This document shows positions 39,431 to 49,242 of a stretch of 64,000 bases of DNA, piece after piece. The stretch lies in NCBI GenBank assembly GCA_963801275.1, contig CAWDEF010000001.1, positions 281,816 to 345,815 of the forward strand. The letters are read 5' to 3'. The number at the start of each line of letters is the position of its first letter. Position 1 is the stretch's first letter. Both the position numbers and the translations under genes were made by a program. The notes beneath the pieces were generated by a model. The model searched no databases. It saw only the letters and a program-made list of their open reading frames with translations, and had not been told where the DNA came from. This DNA comes from an uncultured Acidobacteriota bacterium. GTDB taxonomy: Bacteria > Acidobacteriota > Thermoanaerobaculia > UBA5066 > Gp7-AA6.

Positions 39431-40636
39431 ATGCCGTCGGCCCGGATCGGCGAGTACCTGGTCGCCCAGGGCCTCCTGACGACGGCGGCCATCAATCGTG
39501 CCCTCGGTTATCAACGCTCGGCGGCGCCGCGCGTCAGGCTCGGAAGCATCCTTCTCACCTGGGATCTCCTCTCGGAGGGCGAGCTGCTTCGGGCCCTGGC
39601 CGCCCTTCACCGCTGCGAAGCCGTCACCGGCGCCATGCTCGCGGGAGCGTCGGTCGATGCCGTTCGCATGCTTCCCGCGTCCCACGCGGTCCGGCTGAAC
39701 GCGCTGCCCTACGCGCTTGAGGAATCGCGCATCCGCGTGGCATTCGTCAACCCCTCCGACCTGAGCGTCCTCGACGAGGTTTCCGCATTGACCGGACGCC
39801 CCTGCCGGGCGGGAGTCGCGACGGAGCTCCGGCTTCTCCAGGCGCAGCGCCGGTTCTACGGGCGCGCGATCCCCTTCGAACTGCGCCCGACGCTCTCCCG
39901 AACGACCGCGGGAGCCGCGAGCCTCTCGGTGGGGGTCTCGCCCGCCCATCCCCTGCCCGCCGTACCGGTGCCCATCGGCGGCGGGCCCTCCGGTGGAGCT
40001 GCCGATGCCGCTTCGATCCGCGTTCCAGACCTGCCGATTCCCCCGCCTCCGCCTGCCCGGCCGCCGGGGGACGCCATGACCGCCCCTCCGGCTCCGGAGG
40101 CATGGCGCACCGACGGCGACCCGGAGTCGATGTGGCTCGCCTCCGTGCCCGAGCCGGCCCTGAGCGAGGCCGCCGAGGCAATGTGGTCCCCCGGCCCCGT
40201 GTCCGCACGGGAGCCTGGAGAGAGCGTCGCGGATCTCGCCCTCGAGGCGGTTCCCGCGGAGTTCCCGCGGGCCATTCTCCTTCTGGCCGAACGGGGCGGC
40301 GTCCTGGCCGGGTGGCGCGCCAGGGGAGTCGCATTGCCCAACGTGGCATCGCTCCGCCTGTCGACAGCGGAGCCATCGGTCTTCGCAGCCGTCGTCTCCA
40401 CGGGAACCCCGCACTTCGGACGCGTGGATCCGGAGCTCTGGCCCCATGCACTGTCGCGCCTCTTCGACGGCCCTCCTCCCTGCGCCGTCTTCCCGGTCCA
40501 GTCCGGACGCGGCGTCTCGGCGGTGCTCTACGCCGACCGGCGCGGCGCCCCCTTGCGATTCGAGGACACCGCCCTGCTCGCGCGCGCAGCGGCCCGGATC
40601 GCGTCCCTGTTGGCGCGCGGGTCTTCGGCAAGCTGA
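39431..40636 (+). CDS. MshEN / T2SSE_N-domain protein, paralog of 37681-39105
   Basis: N-terminus RIGEYLVAQGLLTTAAINRALGYQ-RSAAP-RVRLGSILLTWDLLSEGELLRALAAL has a perfect first MshEN motif and a near-perfect second. Pro-rich linker. C-terminal domain shares FPR ... EPSVF ... LYA blocks with the paralog. Confidence 0.7.
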   Translation: MPSARIGEYLVAQGLLTTAAINRALGYQRSAAPRVRLGSILLTWDLLSEGELLRALAALHRCEAVTGAMLAGASVDAVRMLPASHAVRLNALPYALEESRIRVAFVNPSDLSVLDEVSALTGRPCRAGVATELRLLQAQRRFYGRAIPFELRPTLSRTTAGAASLSVGVSPAHPLPAVPVPIGGGPSGGAADAASIRVPDLPIPPPPPARPPGDAMTAPPAPEAWRTDGDPESMWLASVPEPALSEAAEAMWSPGPVSAREPGESVADLALEAVPAEFPRAILLLAERGGVLAGWRARGVALPNVASLRLSTAEPSVFAAVVSTGTPHFGRVDPELWPHALSRLFDGPPPCAVFPVQSGRGVSAVLYADRRGAPLRFEDTALLARAAARIASLLARGSSAS

Positions 40637-40662
40637 TACCTCATCCCGCGGGCGTGAGATAA

Positions 40663-41553
40663 ATGGGCCCGATGGAGGAGGCGCTTCCCCCACCCGGCGT
40701 CAGCCCGCACTCGCGGCGTCGCCTTCGCGAACATCCCCTCTTCCACCTGGGGTTGCTCGCAGCGACGTTTTTCACGACGACCTATTTCGGCGGAGGGGTG
40801 TTCCGCCAGGAGCCCGGCGGAGGCTTCTGGCAGGGTCTTTCCTTCTCGGTGCCGCTCCTACTGATTCTCGGGGTCCACGAGATGGGCCACTACCTGACGT
40901 GCCGACGCTACGGCCTCGCGGCGACGCTACCCTACTTTCTGCCCGCCCCCATCCCGACACTCATCGGAACGTTCGGCGCTCTCATACGCATCAAGGAGCC
41001 GATTCGCGACAAGCGTGCCCTGATCGACGTCGGTGCCGCGGGACCGCTGGCGGGCTTCCTGACGGCGATTCCCTTTCTTCTCTACGGCGTGACGCGGGCC
41101 ACCCCGCTGACGACGGGCAACGAGCCGGGCACCATCCTCTTTCACTATCCGCTCATCGTCCGGCTGGCGCAGGACCTCACGGGAACACGGCACTACACGA
41201 GCGCCGTCGTCCACGAGCATCCCGTGTTCATGGCGGCCTGGTTCGGCCTGTTGGTCACCGCGTTGAATCTGCTTCCCATCGGACAGCTGGATGGAGGTCA
41301 CGTCCTTCGGGCCGTGGCCGGCCGGCGCCAGCCGTGGATCTCCTACGCGGCTCTCGCTGGAGCGCTGGCCACCGTGGGGCTCGGGCCGACCTGGGCCTTC
41401 TTCGGCGTCTTCGCCGCGATTTTCGTGGGAGTCGCCCACCCGCCGGTCGAGAACGAGGCGGAGCCCCTCGGTTTGGGTCGAATGCTCGTGGCGGCGGCGT
41501 GCCTGGCGGTCTTTCTGCTCTGCTTTGCGCCCGTGCCGATCGCCTTCACCTAG
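40663..41553 (+). CDS. peptidase M50 family membrane metalloprotease (second paralog)
   Basis: HEMGHY (HExxH) and LDGGH motifs; polytopic membrane protein. Confidence 0.8.
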   Translation: MGPMEEALPPPGVSPHSRRRLREHPLFHLGLLAATFFTTTYFGGGVFRQEPGGGFWQGLSFSVPLLLILGVHEMGHYLTCRRYGLAATLPYFLPAPIPTLIGTFGALIRIKEPIRDKRALIDVGAAGPLAGFLTAIPFLLYGVTRATPLTTGNEPGTILFHYPLIVRLAQDLTGTRHYTSAVVHEHPVFMAAWFGLLVTALNLLPIGQLDGGHVLRAVAGRRQPWISYAALAGALATVGLGPTWAFFGVFAAIFVGVAHPPVENEAEPLGLGRMLVAAACLAVFLLCFAPVPIAFT

Positions 41554-42001
41554 CGAGCGGCGGCGGGAGATCGATCCAGAACGTCGCGGGTCCGGCGTTG
41601 ACCAGGTGCACGTCCATCGACGCACCGAAGACCCCGGTGGAAACGGGCAGACCCAGCAGCCCGAGGACCTTTGCGAAGTATTCGTAGAGGGGCTCCGCAT
41701 CCGCCGGAGGAAGGGCGTGTTCGAATCCGGGGCGGCGTCCTCGCGAGAGGTCCGCTGCCAGAGTGAACTGGGAGACGACGAGCACGGAACCGCCGACCTC
41801 CGCGACGGCCCGGTTCATCTTCCCGGCTTCGTCCTCGAAGATCCGAAGCCCTGCTACCTTGCGCGCCGCTTCCTCCGCCAGAACTCCGTCGTCGCCCTTT
41901 TCGAGTCCGAGCAGGATCAGGAGGCCACGGTCGATGCTTGCGACACTTTGGCCCTCCACTTCCACGCGGGCGTGCGACACGCGCTGGATGAGGAGCTTCA
42001 T
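41546..42001 (-). CDS. dtd: D-aminoacyl-tRNA deacylase
   Basis: MKLLIQRVSHARVEVEGQ ... SQFTLAADLSRGRRPGF, a Dtd signature. ATG at 42001 overlaps the murJ stop (ATGA). Confidence 0.85.
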   Translation of the reverse strand: MKLLIQRVSHARVEVEGQSVASIDRGLLILLGLEKGDDGVLAEEAARKVAGLRIFEDEAGKMNRAVAEVGGSVLVVSQFTLAADLSRGRRPGFEHALPPADAEPLYEYFAKVLGLLGLPVSTGVFGASMDVHLVNAGPATFWIDLPPPLAR

Positions 42002-43602
42002 CGGGAGGCCGACGGTCCGGTGCTTCCCGGGGTTGCCCGGCGGCCCCGAATCACGCGGCGCAACTCGGCCGGCTCCGGCGCACCGATCCAGTGTGCGCAG
42101 GCCCAATACAAGGCGGTGCCGCCCGCAATCAGGCCGGCGAGCGTCGCGGCCGCCGCAAGGCCCCTCATTGCGGCCGGCTGGAGAAGCCTTTCGGCACCCG
42201 CGAGGGCGACTCCCATCGCGGCAGATGCGAGGAGGATCCGCGCGAGCGAGCGCAGGATCTCCCGGCCCCGGAGCCTGCCCTCCCGCCGCCGCAGCACGCC
42301 GAGGAGGATCGCGACGTTGACCGCCGCGGCCACCGAAGCGGACAGCCCGATTCCGGGCAGGCCCATCCGGGGAACGAGCAGGAAGCAGCCGGCCAGAAAG
42401 ACGGCGCTGTCGGCGACGGCGGCGAGCACGGGCAGGCGCGTGTCCTTGAGAGCGTAAAAGGCCGGCACCACGACCCGCACCAGGGCGAAGAAAAAGAGCC
42501 CCGCGGACAGGGTCGCGAGGACTCCCGCCGTCCCCTCTGTGTCTGCCGCTCCGAAGGCGCCACCCTGGAAGAGAACACGGAGAATCGGAACTCGGAGGAT
42601 GATCAGACCCGCCGTCGCCGGGACTGTCACGAAGGCAATCAGGCGCAGGGCGAAGGCGAGGGTCGTCTTGAACTCCTCGCGATTCTCCGCAAGAGCCTGA
42701 CGCGACAGAAGCGGCAGGATGGCGGTGGCCAACGCGACGGCGAATCCTCCGAGCACGAGCTCCTTCAGGCGGTTGGCGAAGTAGAGCCGAGACACGTTGG
42801 ATGTGCCGAGCGCCGTGGCGAACCGCGTCGCAAACGTGAGGTTGATCGTATTGATCCCGTACGCGAAGAGCCGGGGGGTCATCAGGAGCAGCACCGAACG
42901 CACGTCCGGGTCGCGCCATCCGAGTGCCGGACGGCCGACGGCGCGGAGCTTCGCAAGCTGCGGCCACTGGACCGCCATCTGCAGGAGACCCCCGAGCAGG
43001 ACGCCGGCCGCCAGGGCGTAGGCGGGCTCCGCCAGCCGCGTGGAAAGAGCGAGCGTCGCCGCGATGAAGCCCACGTTCATGAGGACCGGTGCCGCGGCCG
43101 GTACGGCGAACCGGCCCCGTGCATTCAAGACCCCCTGGAAAAGCGCCGCGAGCGACACGAGAAAGATGTAGGGAAAGATCCATCGGTTGAGCGACACGGC
43201 GAGCTCGAACTGCCAGGGGTTCGACCGGAAGTCGTGGGCGAGAAGGTTCACGAGAAGGGGCGACAGGAGGATCCCTGCGACGGTGATGGCGGCAAGCAGG
43301 AACGCGAAGGTTCCCAGCACCCTGCCGACGAAGGCGCGGGCCTCTTCCTCGCTGCGGGAGGTTTCGACGTGTGCGTAGACGGGAATGAACGCCGAGGACA
43401 TCGCGCCCTCGCCGACGATGTCCCGCAGCATGTTGGGAATGCGCCAGGCGACGATGAAGGCGTCCGTGCGCGCGGTTGCTCCGTAGAGGAGGGCAACGAT
43501 CTTCTCGCGCAGGTATCCGCTCAGGCGCGAGAGCAACGTCCACGGCGTGATCGTGGAGGCCGACCGCACCAGCCGGCCGTGGGTCTCTTGAGTCGAGGAC
43601 AT
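41998..43602 (-). CDS. murJ: lipid II flippase MurJ (MviN)
   Basis: 534 aa, 14-TM MOP family; conserved N-terminus LSRLSGYLREKIVALLYGATARTDAFIVAWRIPNMLRDIVGEGAMSSAFIPVY. Confidence 0.85.
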   Translation of the reverse strand: MSSTQETHGRLVRSASTITPWTLLSRLSGYLREKIVALLYGATARTDAFIVAWRIPNMLRDIVGEGAMSSAFIPVYAHVETSRSEEEARAFVGRVLGTFAFLLAAITVAGILLSPLLVNLLAHDFRSNPWQFELAVSLNRWIFPYIFLVSLAALFQGVLNARGRFAVPAAAPVLMNVGFIAATLALSTRLAEPAYALAAGVLLGGLLQMAVQWPQLAKLRAVGRPALGWRDPDVRSVLLLMTPRLFAYGINTINLTFATRFATALGTSNVSRLYFANRLKELVLGGFAVALATAILPLLSRQALAENREEFKTTLAFALRLIAFVTVPATAGLIILRVPILRVLFQGGAFGAADTEGTAGVLATLSAGLFFFALVRVVVPAFYALKDTRLPVLAAVADSAVFLAGCFLLVPRMGLPGIGLSASVAAAVNVAILLGVLRRREGRLRGREILRSLARILLASAAMGVALAGAERLLQPAAMRGLAAAATLAGLIAGGTALYWACAHWIGAPEPAELRRVIRGRRATPGSTGPSASR

Positions 43603-43706
43603 CGGGTTCGGGGATTCTAGCCGGGCGGCCGTGCGTGCGGCTCGGACATCATCTGTCCGGTGCCAACGGGATTATTCTCCCGAGCACCTGAAAGGAGGGC
43701 GAATAC

Positions 43707-44135
43707 ATGGCCAGCGTCAACAAGGTGATCTTGATCGGAAACCTCGGCAAGGATCCGGAAATTCGGACGACCCCGCAGGGGACCTCGCTCGCGCGCTTCT
43801 CTGTGGCCACCACGACGACCTGGAAGGACAACTCGGGCGCCAAGCAGGAGCGGACCGAATGGCACGACGTGGTCGCCTGGGAGCGACTGGCTCAGATCTG
43901 CGGCGAGTACCTGCACAAGGGCAAGATGGTTTACGTCGAAGGAAGTCTCCAGACCCGCAGCTGGGAAGACCAGAACGGGCAGAAGCGCTACAAGACGGAG
44001 ATCAAGGCCTCCAACGTGGTCATGCTCTCGCCGCGAGACACGTCGCGCTCGGCCGGTGCCGCCGCCGGGGCAGGGCCGAAAGAAGTCAGCGAGGTCGCCG
44101 AAGCCGTCAGCTACGACGACGACGTTCCCTTCTAG
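43707..44135 (+). CDS. ssb: single-stranded DNA-binding protein
   Basis: OB-fold N-terminus ([32 protein letters not shown] ... [15 protein letters not shown]), Gly-rich linker, acidic tail DDDVPF. Confidence 0.9.
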   Translation: MASVNKVILIGNLGKDPEIRTTPQGTSLARFSVATTTTWKDNSGAKQERTEWHDVVAWERLAQICGEYLHKGKMVYVEGSLQTRSWEDQNGQKRYKTEIKASNVVMLSPRDTSRSAGAAAGAGPKEVSEVAEAVSYDDDVPF

Positions 44136-45202
44136 CCGCGGGAGGGCTCCGACCGCCGGGCCTTCGAACGGGAGCGGGAGGAGGCTTGGAGGTGCCCGGC
44201 GGGCGCCGGCTCCTCGCGCAGCCTCGCAATCGCGCTGACGAGCCGGGGCAGCGGGAGCGGCGGCCGTGCCGCACGCCGGATCCGGCGAAGATGACGGTCG
44301 TACGAGTCTAGCCGTTCGGCGGCTTGTGCGCGGCGCCGAGAGGAAACCGCGCCGGCAACGGCCGCGACACAGTCGGGATATTCCTCGAGGCGGCTGCAGA
44401 CGAAGAGCAGGTCGCACCCCGCGGCGCAGGCGAGCGCGGCGCGGCGCGGCAGGTCGCCGAAGGCCGCGAGCGCCCCCATCTCGAGGTCGTCGGAAAAGGC
44501 CGCGCCCCGAAACCCGAGCCGGTCCCTCAAAAGACGGTGAGCCACGGCGCGCGACAGCGAAGCCGGCAGGGCATCCGGGCCCGCCGCATGGGAGATCATG
44601 ACGGCGCGTGCGCGCGCCTGGGTGCGTCGGAAGGGTGCGAGGTCTCGCTCCCGGTCGGCCCGCCGGGCCGGAATCGTGGGAAGCGCCCGGTGGGTATCGA
44701 GTGTCGCGCGGCCGAGGCCGGGAAAGTGCTTCACGCAACCGCCGACGCCGCGGGAGTGAAGGCCCGAGAGGAAGGCATTGGCCGCCCGGGCGACCATGTC
44801 CGGCTCCTCGGAGGCGCAGCGGTCGCGCAGAATATCCGCGGACGCGCCCGGCACGAGGCGATCGACGACCGGGGCCAGGTCCACCGAAACGCCGAGGCGC
44901 GCGCAGGCCTCGCCCGCGAGCTCCCCGGCCTCGCGCGCGACTCCCCTCAGGCAGGCCTCCCGGAAGGAGATGGAAGGGCCGAAGAAATCCCGCAGCCGAT
45001 CCACGCTCCCACCTTCCTGATCGAGAAATACGAGCGGGCCGCGGCGTCGGATCTCCGAAACGAGCGCCGAAGCTTGATCGAGGCTCTCGAGGTTGCGCCG
45101 GAAGAGAATGACGCCGCGTGGCGGGTTGCGGTCCAGGATCGACCGCTCGCGCGCCGTGAGGGAAGCTCCGGACAGCCCGACGCCGAAGAGCGTCCCCGTC
45201 AC
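44132..45202 (-). CDS. nagZ: beta-N-acetylhexosaminidase, GH3 family
   Basis: GH3 N-terminal domain motifs ([21 protein letters not shown]) at NagZ size; 4-nt overlaps with both neighbours. Confidence 0.75.
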   Translation of the reverse strand: MTGTLFGVGLSGASLTARERSILDRNPPRGVILFRRNLESLDQASALVSEIRRRGPLVFLDQEGGSVDRLRDFFGPSISFREACLRGVAREAGELAGEACARLGVSVDLAPVVDRLVPGASADILRDRCASEEPDMVARAANAFLSGLHSRGVGGCVKHFPGLGRATLDTHRALPTIPARRADRERDLAPFRRTQARARAVMISHAAGPDALPASLSRAVAHRLLRDRLGFRGAAFSDDLEMGALAAFGDLPRRAALACAAGCDLLFVCSRLEEYPDCVAAVAGAVSSRRRAQAAERLDSYDRHLRRIRRAARPPLPLPRLVSAIARLREEPAPAGHLQASSRSRSKARRSEPSRG

Positions 45203-47733
45203 CCGGAGCCCTTGATCCGCTCCTGCAGCGACGCGAGCAGCGAAAGCGCGGCGATCGGCGTCAGCAGGTTCACGTCCGCCTCGCGGAGCTTCTCGAGGGC
45301 GAGTTCCTCCTGTGCGGTAAACAGCAGCATCTGGCCCTCGCCCGCGCTCTCGCCTTGGCGCCGCGCCAGAACGGGAGCTCCCTTCACATCGAGCTCCTGG
45401 CGCTCCAGGTTGCCGAGGATTTCCCGCGCTCGCCTGGTCACGGTGGCCGGCAGCCCCGCCAGTTCCGCGACATGGATTCCGTAGCTACGGTCGGCCGCGC
45501 CCGCAACGACCTTGCGCAGAAAGAGCACCTTCCCGCCGACCTCCTTGACCGCCATCGTCGCATTCACGACCGCGGGCTTGACCAGCGCGATTTCCGTCAG
45601 CTCGTGGTAGTGGGTCGCAAAGAGCACGAAGCCTCCCTTTTCCGGAGCGTCGTGCAGGTATTCGACGAGCGCCCAGGCGATCGAAAGCCCGTCGAAGGTC
45701 GAGGTTCCCCGGCCGACCTCGTCGAGGAGGATCAGGGACCGCGCCGTGGCCTCTCTCAAGATCGCGGCGGACTCGAGCATCTCGACCATGAACGTGGACT
45801 CGCCCCGCGAGAGGTGGTCCGCCGCGCCGACCCGCGTGAAGATCCGGTCCACGATCGACATCTGGAGCGATGCCGCCGGCACGAAGGAGCCGGCCTGGGC
45901 GAGGAGCACCGCGGTGGCCACCTGCCTCAAGTACGTCGACTTGCCTCCCATGTTGGGCCCGGTGACGAGCAGAATGCGCCGCTCGCGCGTCAGGTCGCAG
46001 TCGTTGGGGACGAAGGGCTCCTCCCGCCGCAGGGCCTCCACCAGCGGATGGCGCCCGTCGACCAGGTGCAGGCACGCCTCCGCGGACAGCCTCGGCCGGA
46101 CCCATCCGCACTTCGAGGCGGTCTGCGCGAGGGATGCGTGGAGATCGAGTCCCGCCACGGCCGCGGCGGTGCGGGCCACGCGGTCGGCGCCCTCGGCCAA
46201 CCGATCGAGCAGCTCCCGATAGATCCGCTCCTCGATCCGGCCGATGCGGTCTTCGGCGCCCAGGATCTTCTCCTCGAGCTGCTTCAAGGCCGGGGTGACG
46301 AAACGCTCGGCGTTCGCCAGGGACTGCCGGCGGATCCAGTCCGCGGGGACTTTCTCCCGGTGTGCGCGCCCGACTTCCAGGGAGTAACCGAAGACGCGGT
46401 TGAAACGCACGCGCAGGCTCGAGATGCCCGATCGCTTCTTCTCTTCCGCCTCGATCGCGAGCAGCGCCCCCTGCGCGTCCCGCCGCAGCCGACGCAGTTC
46501 CGAAAGTTCCGGGTCCGCCTCGTCGCGGATGGCGCCGCCGGCGGAGGCCGCCGCGGGCGCGTCCTCCGCCACGGTCTCCTCCGCCAGCCGAACCAGATCG
46601 GCCGTGTCCGGGATCCCGTCGGCCAGGCCTCGCAGCCGGTGGGAGCGAAGCGGCGCGCACGCGTTCCGGACGTCCTGCACCGCCTTCAATCCCGCGGCCC
46701 ACGCCAGAACGTCCCGGGGGCCCGCCGTGCGCATCGAGATGCGGCCGAACCGCCGCTCGATGTCGCCGACGGAATCGAGGGCGGTCTGCATGGCTTCGGT
46801 GATGCCCGCGGCAGAGAACAGCTCTTCGACGGCGTCCCACCGCGCCTCGAGCTCCATCGGATCCGTGGACGGTCGTGCCAGCGTCTCGCGCAGGGCTCGC
46901 GACCCGAGTGGCGTTCGCGTTCGATCGATCAGCCGGCAGAGGCTTCGCGACGGGTTTCCGTCGGAAGACTCGAACACTTCGAGAGTCGCGAGGGCGGAAG
47001 CATCCAGGCTCATCCGTTCCCCAAAACTCAGTGCAACGGCGGCTCGGACATGAACGAGGGCGTTGGGCCGCAGCGCCCTCGCATAGGCCAGGGCCGCGCT
47101 GGCGGCAGCCGCGCCCGGGACATCGGCCTCGCCCGCGGCTGCCGGTTCCTTGCGCCGGGCCTCGGAAAACCACCCGACCGGGCGGCGGGTCTCGGACGCT
47201 CCCGGCGGCAGGTTCGCCGCCGCCCCCTCGGGCATGAGCACCTCGCGCGGCCGAAAGAGGGCCAAGAGGTCGCCCAGGCGGCCCGTGGGAACGCTGCCCG
47301 CCTGGAAGGTCCCCGTCGAGAGATCGAGAAAGGCCACCTCCGTCTCGGAATCTCCCGGGACCAACGCGGCGAGAAAGGAGGGTATCCCGGGCACGAGCGC
47401 GTCCGGGTCGAGGACCGTGCCCGGTGTCACGATCCGCGTGATGTCCCGCCGCACGAGCCCTCGCGCCGATTTGGCCTCCTCCATCTGATCGCAGACGGCC
47501 ACCTTTCTCCCGGCGGCCACGAGCCTGGCGATGTGGTGATCGGCGCTGTGGTACGGGACGCCGCACATCGGCGCCTCGATGTCCGAATCCTTGTGACGCG
47601 CGGTCAACGCGATGCCGAGAAGCGGCGCCGCCTCGCGCGCGTCCTCGAAGAACATCTCGTAGAAGTCGCCCATCCGGTAGAAGAGAATCGCGTCGGGCAC
47701 GCGGCTCTTCATCTCGAAGTACTGCCGCAGCAT
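45199..47733 (-). CDS. mutS: DNA mismatch repair protein MutS
   Basis: Start ATG at 47733 (MLRQYFEMKSRVPDAILFYRMGDFYEMFFEDA). Walker A GPNMGGKST; DEVGRGTSTFDG; C-terminal HTH region. Confidence 0.9.
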   Translation of the reverse strand: MLRQYFEMKSRVPDAILFYRMGDFYEMFFEDAREAAPLLGIALTARHKDSDIEAPMCGVPYHSADHHIARLVAAGRKVAVCDQMEEAKSARGLVRRDITRIVTPGTVLDPDALVPGIPSFLAALVPGDSETEVAFLDLSTGTFQAGSVPTGRLGDLLALFRPREVLMPEGAAANLPPGASETRRPVGWFSEARRKEPAAAGEADVPGAAAASAALAYARALRPNALVHVRAAVALSFGERMSLDASALATLEVFESSDGNPSRSLCRLIDRTRTPLGSRALRETLARPSTDPMELEARWDAVEELFSAAGITEAMQTALDSVGDIERRFGRISMRTAGPRDVLAWAAGLKAVQDVRNACAPLRSHRLRGLADGIPDTADLVRLAEETVAEDAPAAASAGGAIRDEADPELSELRRLRRDAQGALLAIEAEEKKRSGISSLRVRFNRVFGYSLEVGRAHREKVPADWIRRQSLANAERFVTPALKQLEEKILGAEDRIGRIEERIYRELLDRLAEGADRVARTAAAVAGLDLHASLAQTASKCGWVRPRLSAEACLHLVDGRHPLVEALRREEPFVPNDCDLTRERRILLVTGPNMGGKSTYLRQVATAVLLAQAGSFVPAASLQMSIVDRIFTRVGAADHLSRGESTFMVEMLESAAILREATARSLILLDEVGRGTSTFDGLSIAWALVEYLHDAPEKGGFVLFATHYHELTEIALVKPAVVNATMAVKEVGGKVLFLRKVVAGAADRSYGIHVAELAGLPATVTRRAREILGNLERQELDVKGAPVLARRQGESAGEGQMLLFTAQEELALEKLREADVNLLTPIAALSLLASLQERIKGSG

Positions 47734-47794
47734 GGGTGTGGCCCGGGACGGCTGGGAGCTCACGCGTCTGCTAGCATAAAGCAGGGAATTCGAA

Positions 47795-48448
47795 GTGGCG
47801 GATTCGATCGATGTGCTCGCGATCGACACCGCGAGCCCAACTGCGACGGTGGCGCTGCTCTCCGGCGGCGAGGTTCTGGAAGAGCGCCTTTCCCCGGACC
47901 GAAAGGCGTCCGAGGAGCTGCTACCCGCGATGCGGCGATGTCTCGAACGCGCCGGAGGAGTTCCGCTCAAGAGCCTGTTTCGACTGGCTCTTTGTGCGGG
48001 TCCCGGCTCCTTCACGGGTATCCGCGTGGGCCTCGCCACGGCCTGGGGGCTCTGCCGGGCGACAGGTGTGCCGGTCGAAGCGGTCTCGACGCTCGAAGCG
48101 ATGGCGGAGGCCTGGCGCGCGCCGGGTCGAGGCTCCGTCTGGACAGCGCTCGATGTCGGGAGGGGCGAGGCGGTCTTTCAACGGTTTCGACTGACCGAAG
48201 CGCGCGCCGAGGCCGAGGGCGAGCCGATCCGTGCGCCTATCGAGGCCGCGCTCCAGACGCTTCGCGGGGCCCCGGCGGTGGCGCTGCCGCGCGGTCTGCT
48301 CTCTCCGGATGGCCCGGCTCTTCCGCGTTCCCCCGCGGCCGCTCTGGCCCTTGCCGTAGCGCGCGCCCCTCGCCTCCCGCCGGAGACGCTCCCCACCCCG
48401 ATCTACGCGCGTTCGAGCGCCGCCGAGGAGAAGCATGGCGCTGCGTAG
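47795..48448 (+). CDS. tsaB: tRNA threonylcarbamoyladenosine biosynthesis protein TsaB (YeaZ)
   Basis: VLAIDTASPTATVALL ... GPGSFTGIRVGLATAWGL, the inactive Kae1-like fold typical of TsaB. GTG start. Confidence 0.8.
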   Translation: MADSIDVLAIDTASPTATVALLSGGEVLEERLSPDRKASEELLPAMRRCLERAGGVPLKSLFRLALCAGPGSFTGIRVGLATAWGLCRATGVPVEAVSTLEAMAEAWRAPGRGSVWTALDVGRGEAVFQRFRLTEARAEAEGEPIRAPIEAALQTLRGAPAVALPRGLLSPDGPALPRSPAAALALAVARAPRLPPETLPTPIYARSSAAEEKHGAA

Positions 48449-48947
48449 GCCGGAGTGCGCTGACTTCCGTCTGCAGCCGGCCGAGCCCCGGCATCTGGAC
48501 GAGATCGCACGCATCGAGGCCGAGTCCTTTCCGGTGCCCTGGAAGCGCGAGTTCTTCGAGAGCGAGCTTTCCGAGGCGTTTCGCTATGCCCGCGTGCTGG
48601 CGCGCCCCGAGGGACCGCCGCCGCTTGTCGGAGGGTACCTCTTTGCGATCTCCCTTTACGACGAGTTTCACATCAACAAGATCGCGACCGACGCGCGGCT
48701 GCGGCAGCTCGGCTACGGACGGCTGCTTCTCGAAGACGCGCTCGCGCGCGCCCGGGGGGTTCGCGCCACGGCCGTCACCCTCGAGGTTCGGGTCTCCAAC
48801 GCGCCCGCGCGCGAATTCTACGGCTCCTACGGCTTTCGCGAGGCCTACCGCCGCCGGGCCTACTACCAGGACGGCGAGGACGCTTTCGCGATGGTTTTGC
48901 CGCTCGACCCTTCTCCCACGGTTGAAACGGGCTTCTTCCGCCGCTAG
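48435..48947 (+). CDS. rimI: ribosomal-protein-alanine N-acetyltransferase (GNAT)
   Basis: GNAT motifs (RQLGYGRLLLEDAL ... EVRVSNAPAREFYGSYGF). Follows tsaB as in many genomes. Confidence 0.75.
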   Translation: MALRRPECADFRLQPAEPRHLDEIARIEAESFPVPWKREFFESELSEAFRYARVLARPEGPPPLVGGYLFAISLYDEFHINKIATDARLRQLGYGRLLLEDALARARGVRATAVTLEVRVSNAPAREFYGSYGFREAYRRRAYYQDGEDAFAMVLPLDPSPTVETGFFRR

Positions 48948-49015
48948 ACTTCAAACGTGACCCTCCCGTTTCCTTCCCACCCCCACCGCAAACAAGACAA
49001 AAGGAGGATCGAGCG

Positions 49016-49240
49016 ATGAGCCAGACTCATTCGGAGGAACTCACGGATCTGGATTCGGAATACCGGCGCCTCCTCGAGACCCATCGCGACCACGAACAGC
49101 GGCTCCTCGCCCTGGCCGGCAAGACCCGCCTCTCGGAGGACGAAGAGATCGAGGAACGGCGCCTGAAGAAAGAAAAGCTCCTGCTCAAGGACCGGATGGA
49201 AGCGATCGTTCGGGGACAGCGCGGCGGGATCACGCACTGA
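49016..49240 (+). CDS. DUF465 (YdcH-like) small coiled-coil protein
   Basis: 74 aa; LLETHRDHEQRLLAL ... motif; AAAGGAGG RBS 7 nt upstream. Confidence 0.7.
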   Translation: MSQTHSEELTDLDSEYRRLLETHRDHEQRLLALAGKTRLSEDEEIEERRLKKEKLLLKDRMEAIVRGQRGGITH

Positions 49241-49242
49241 GG

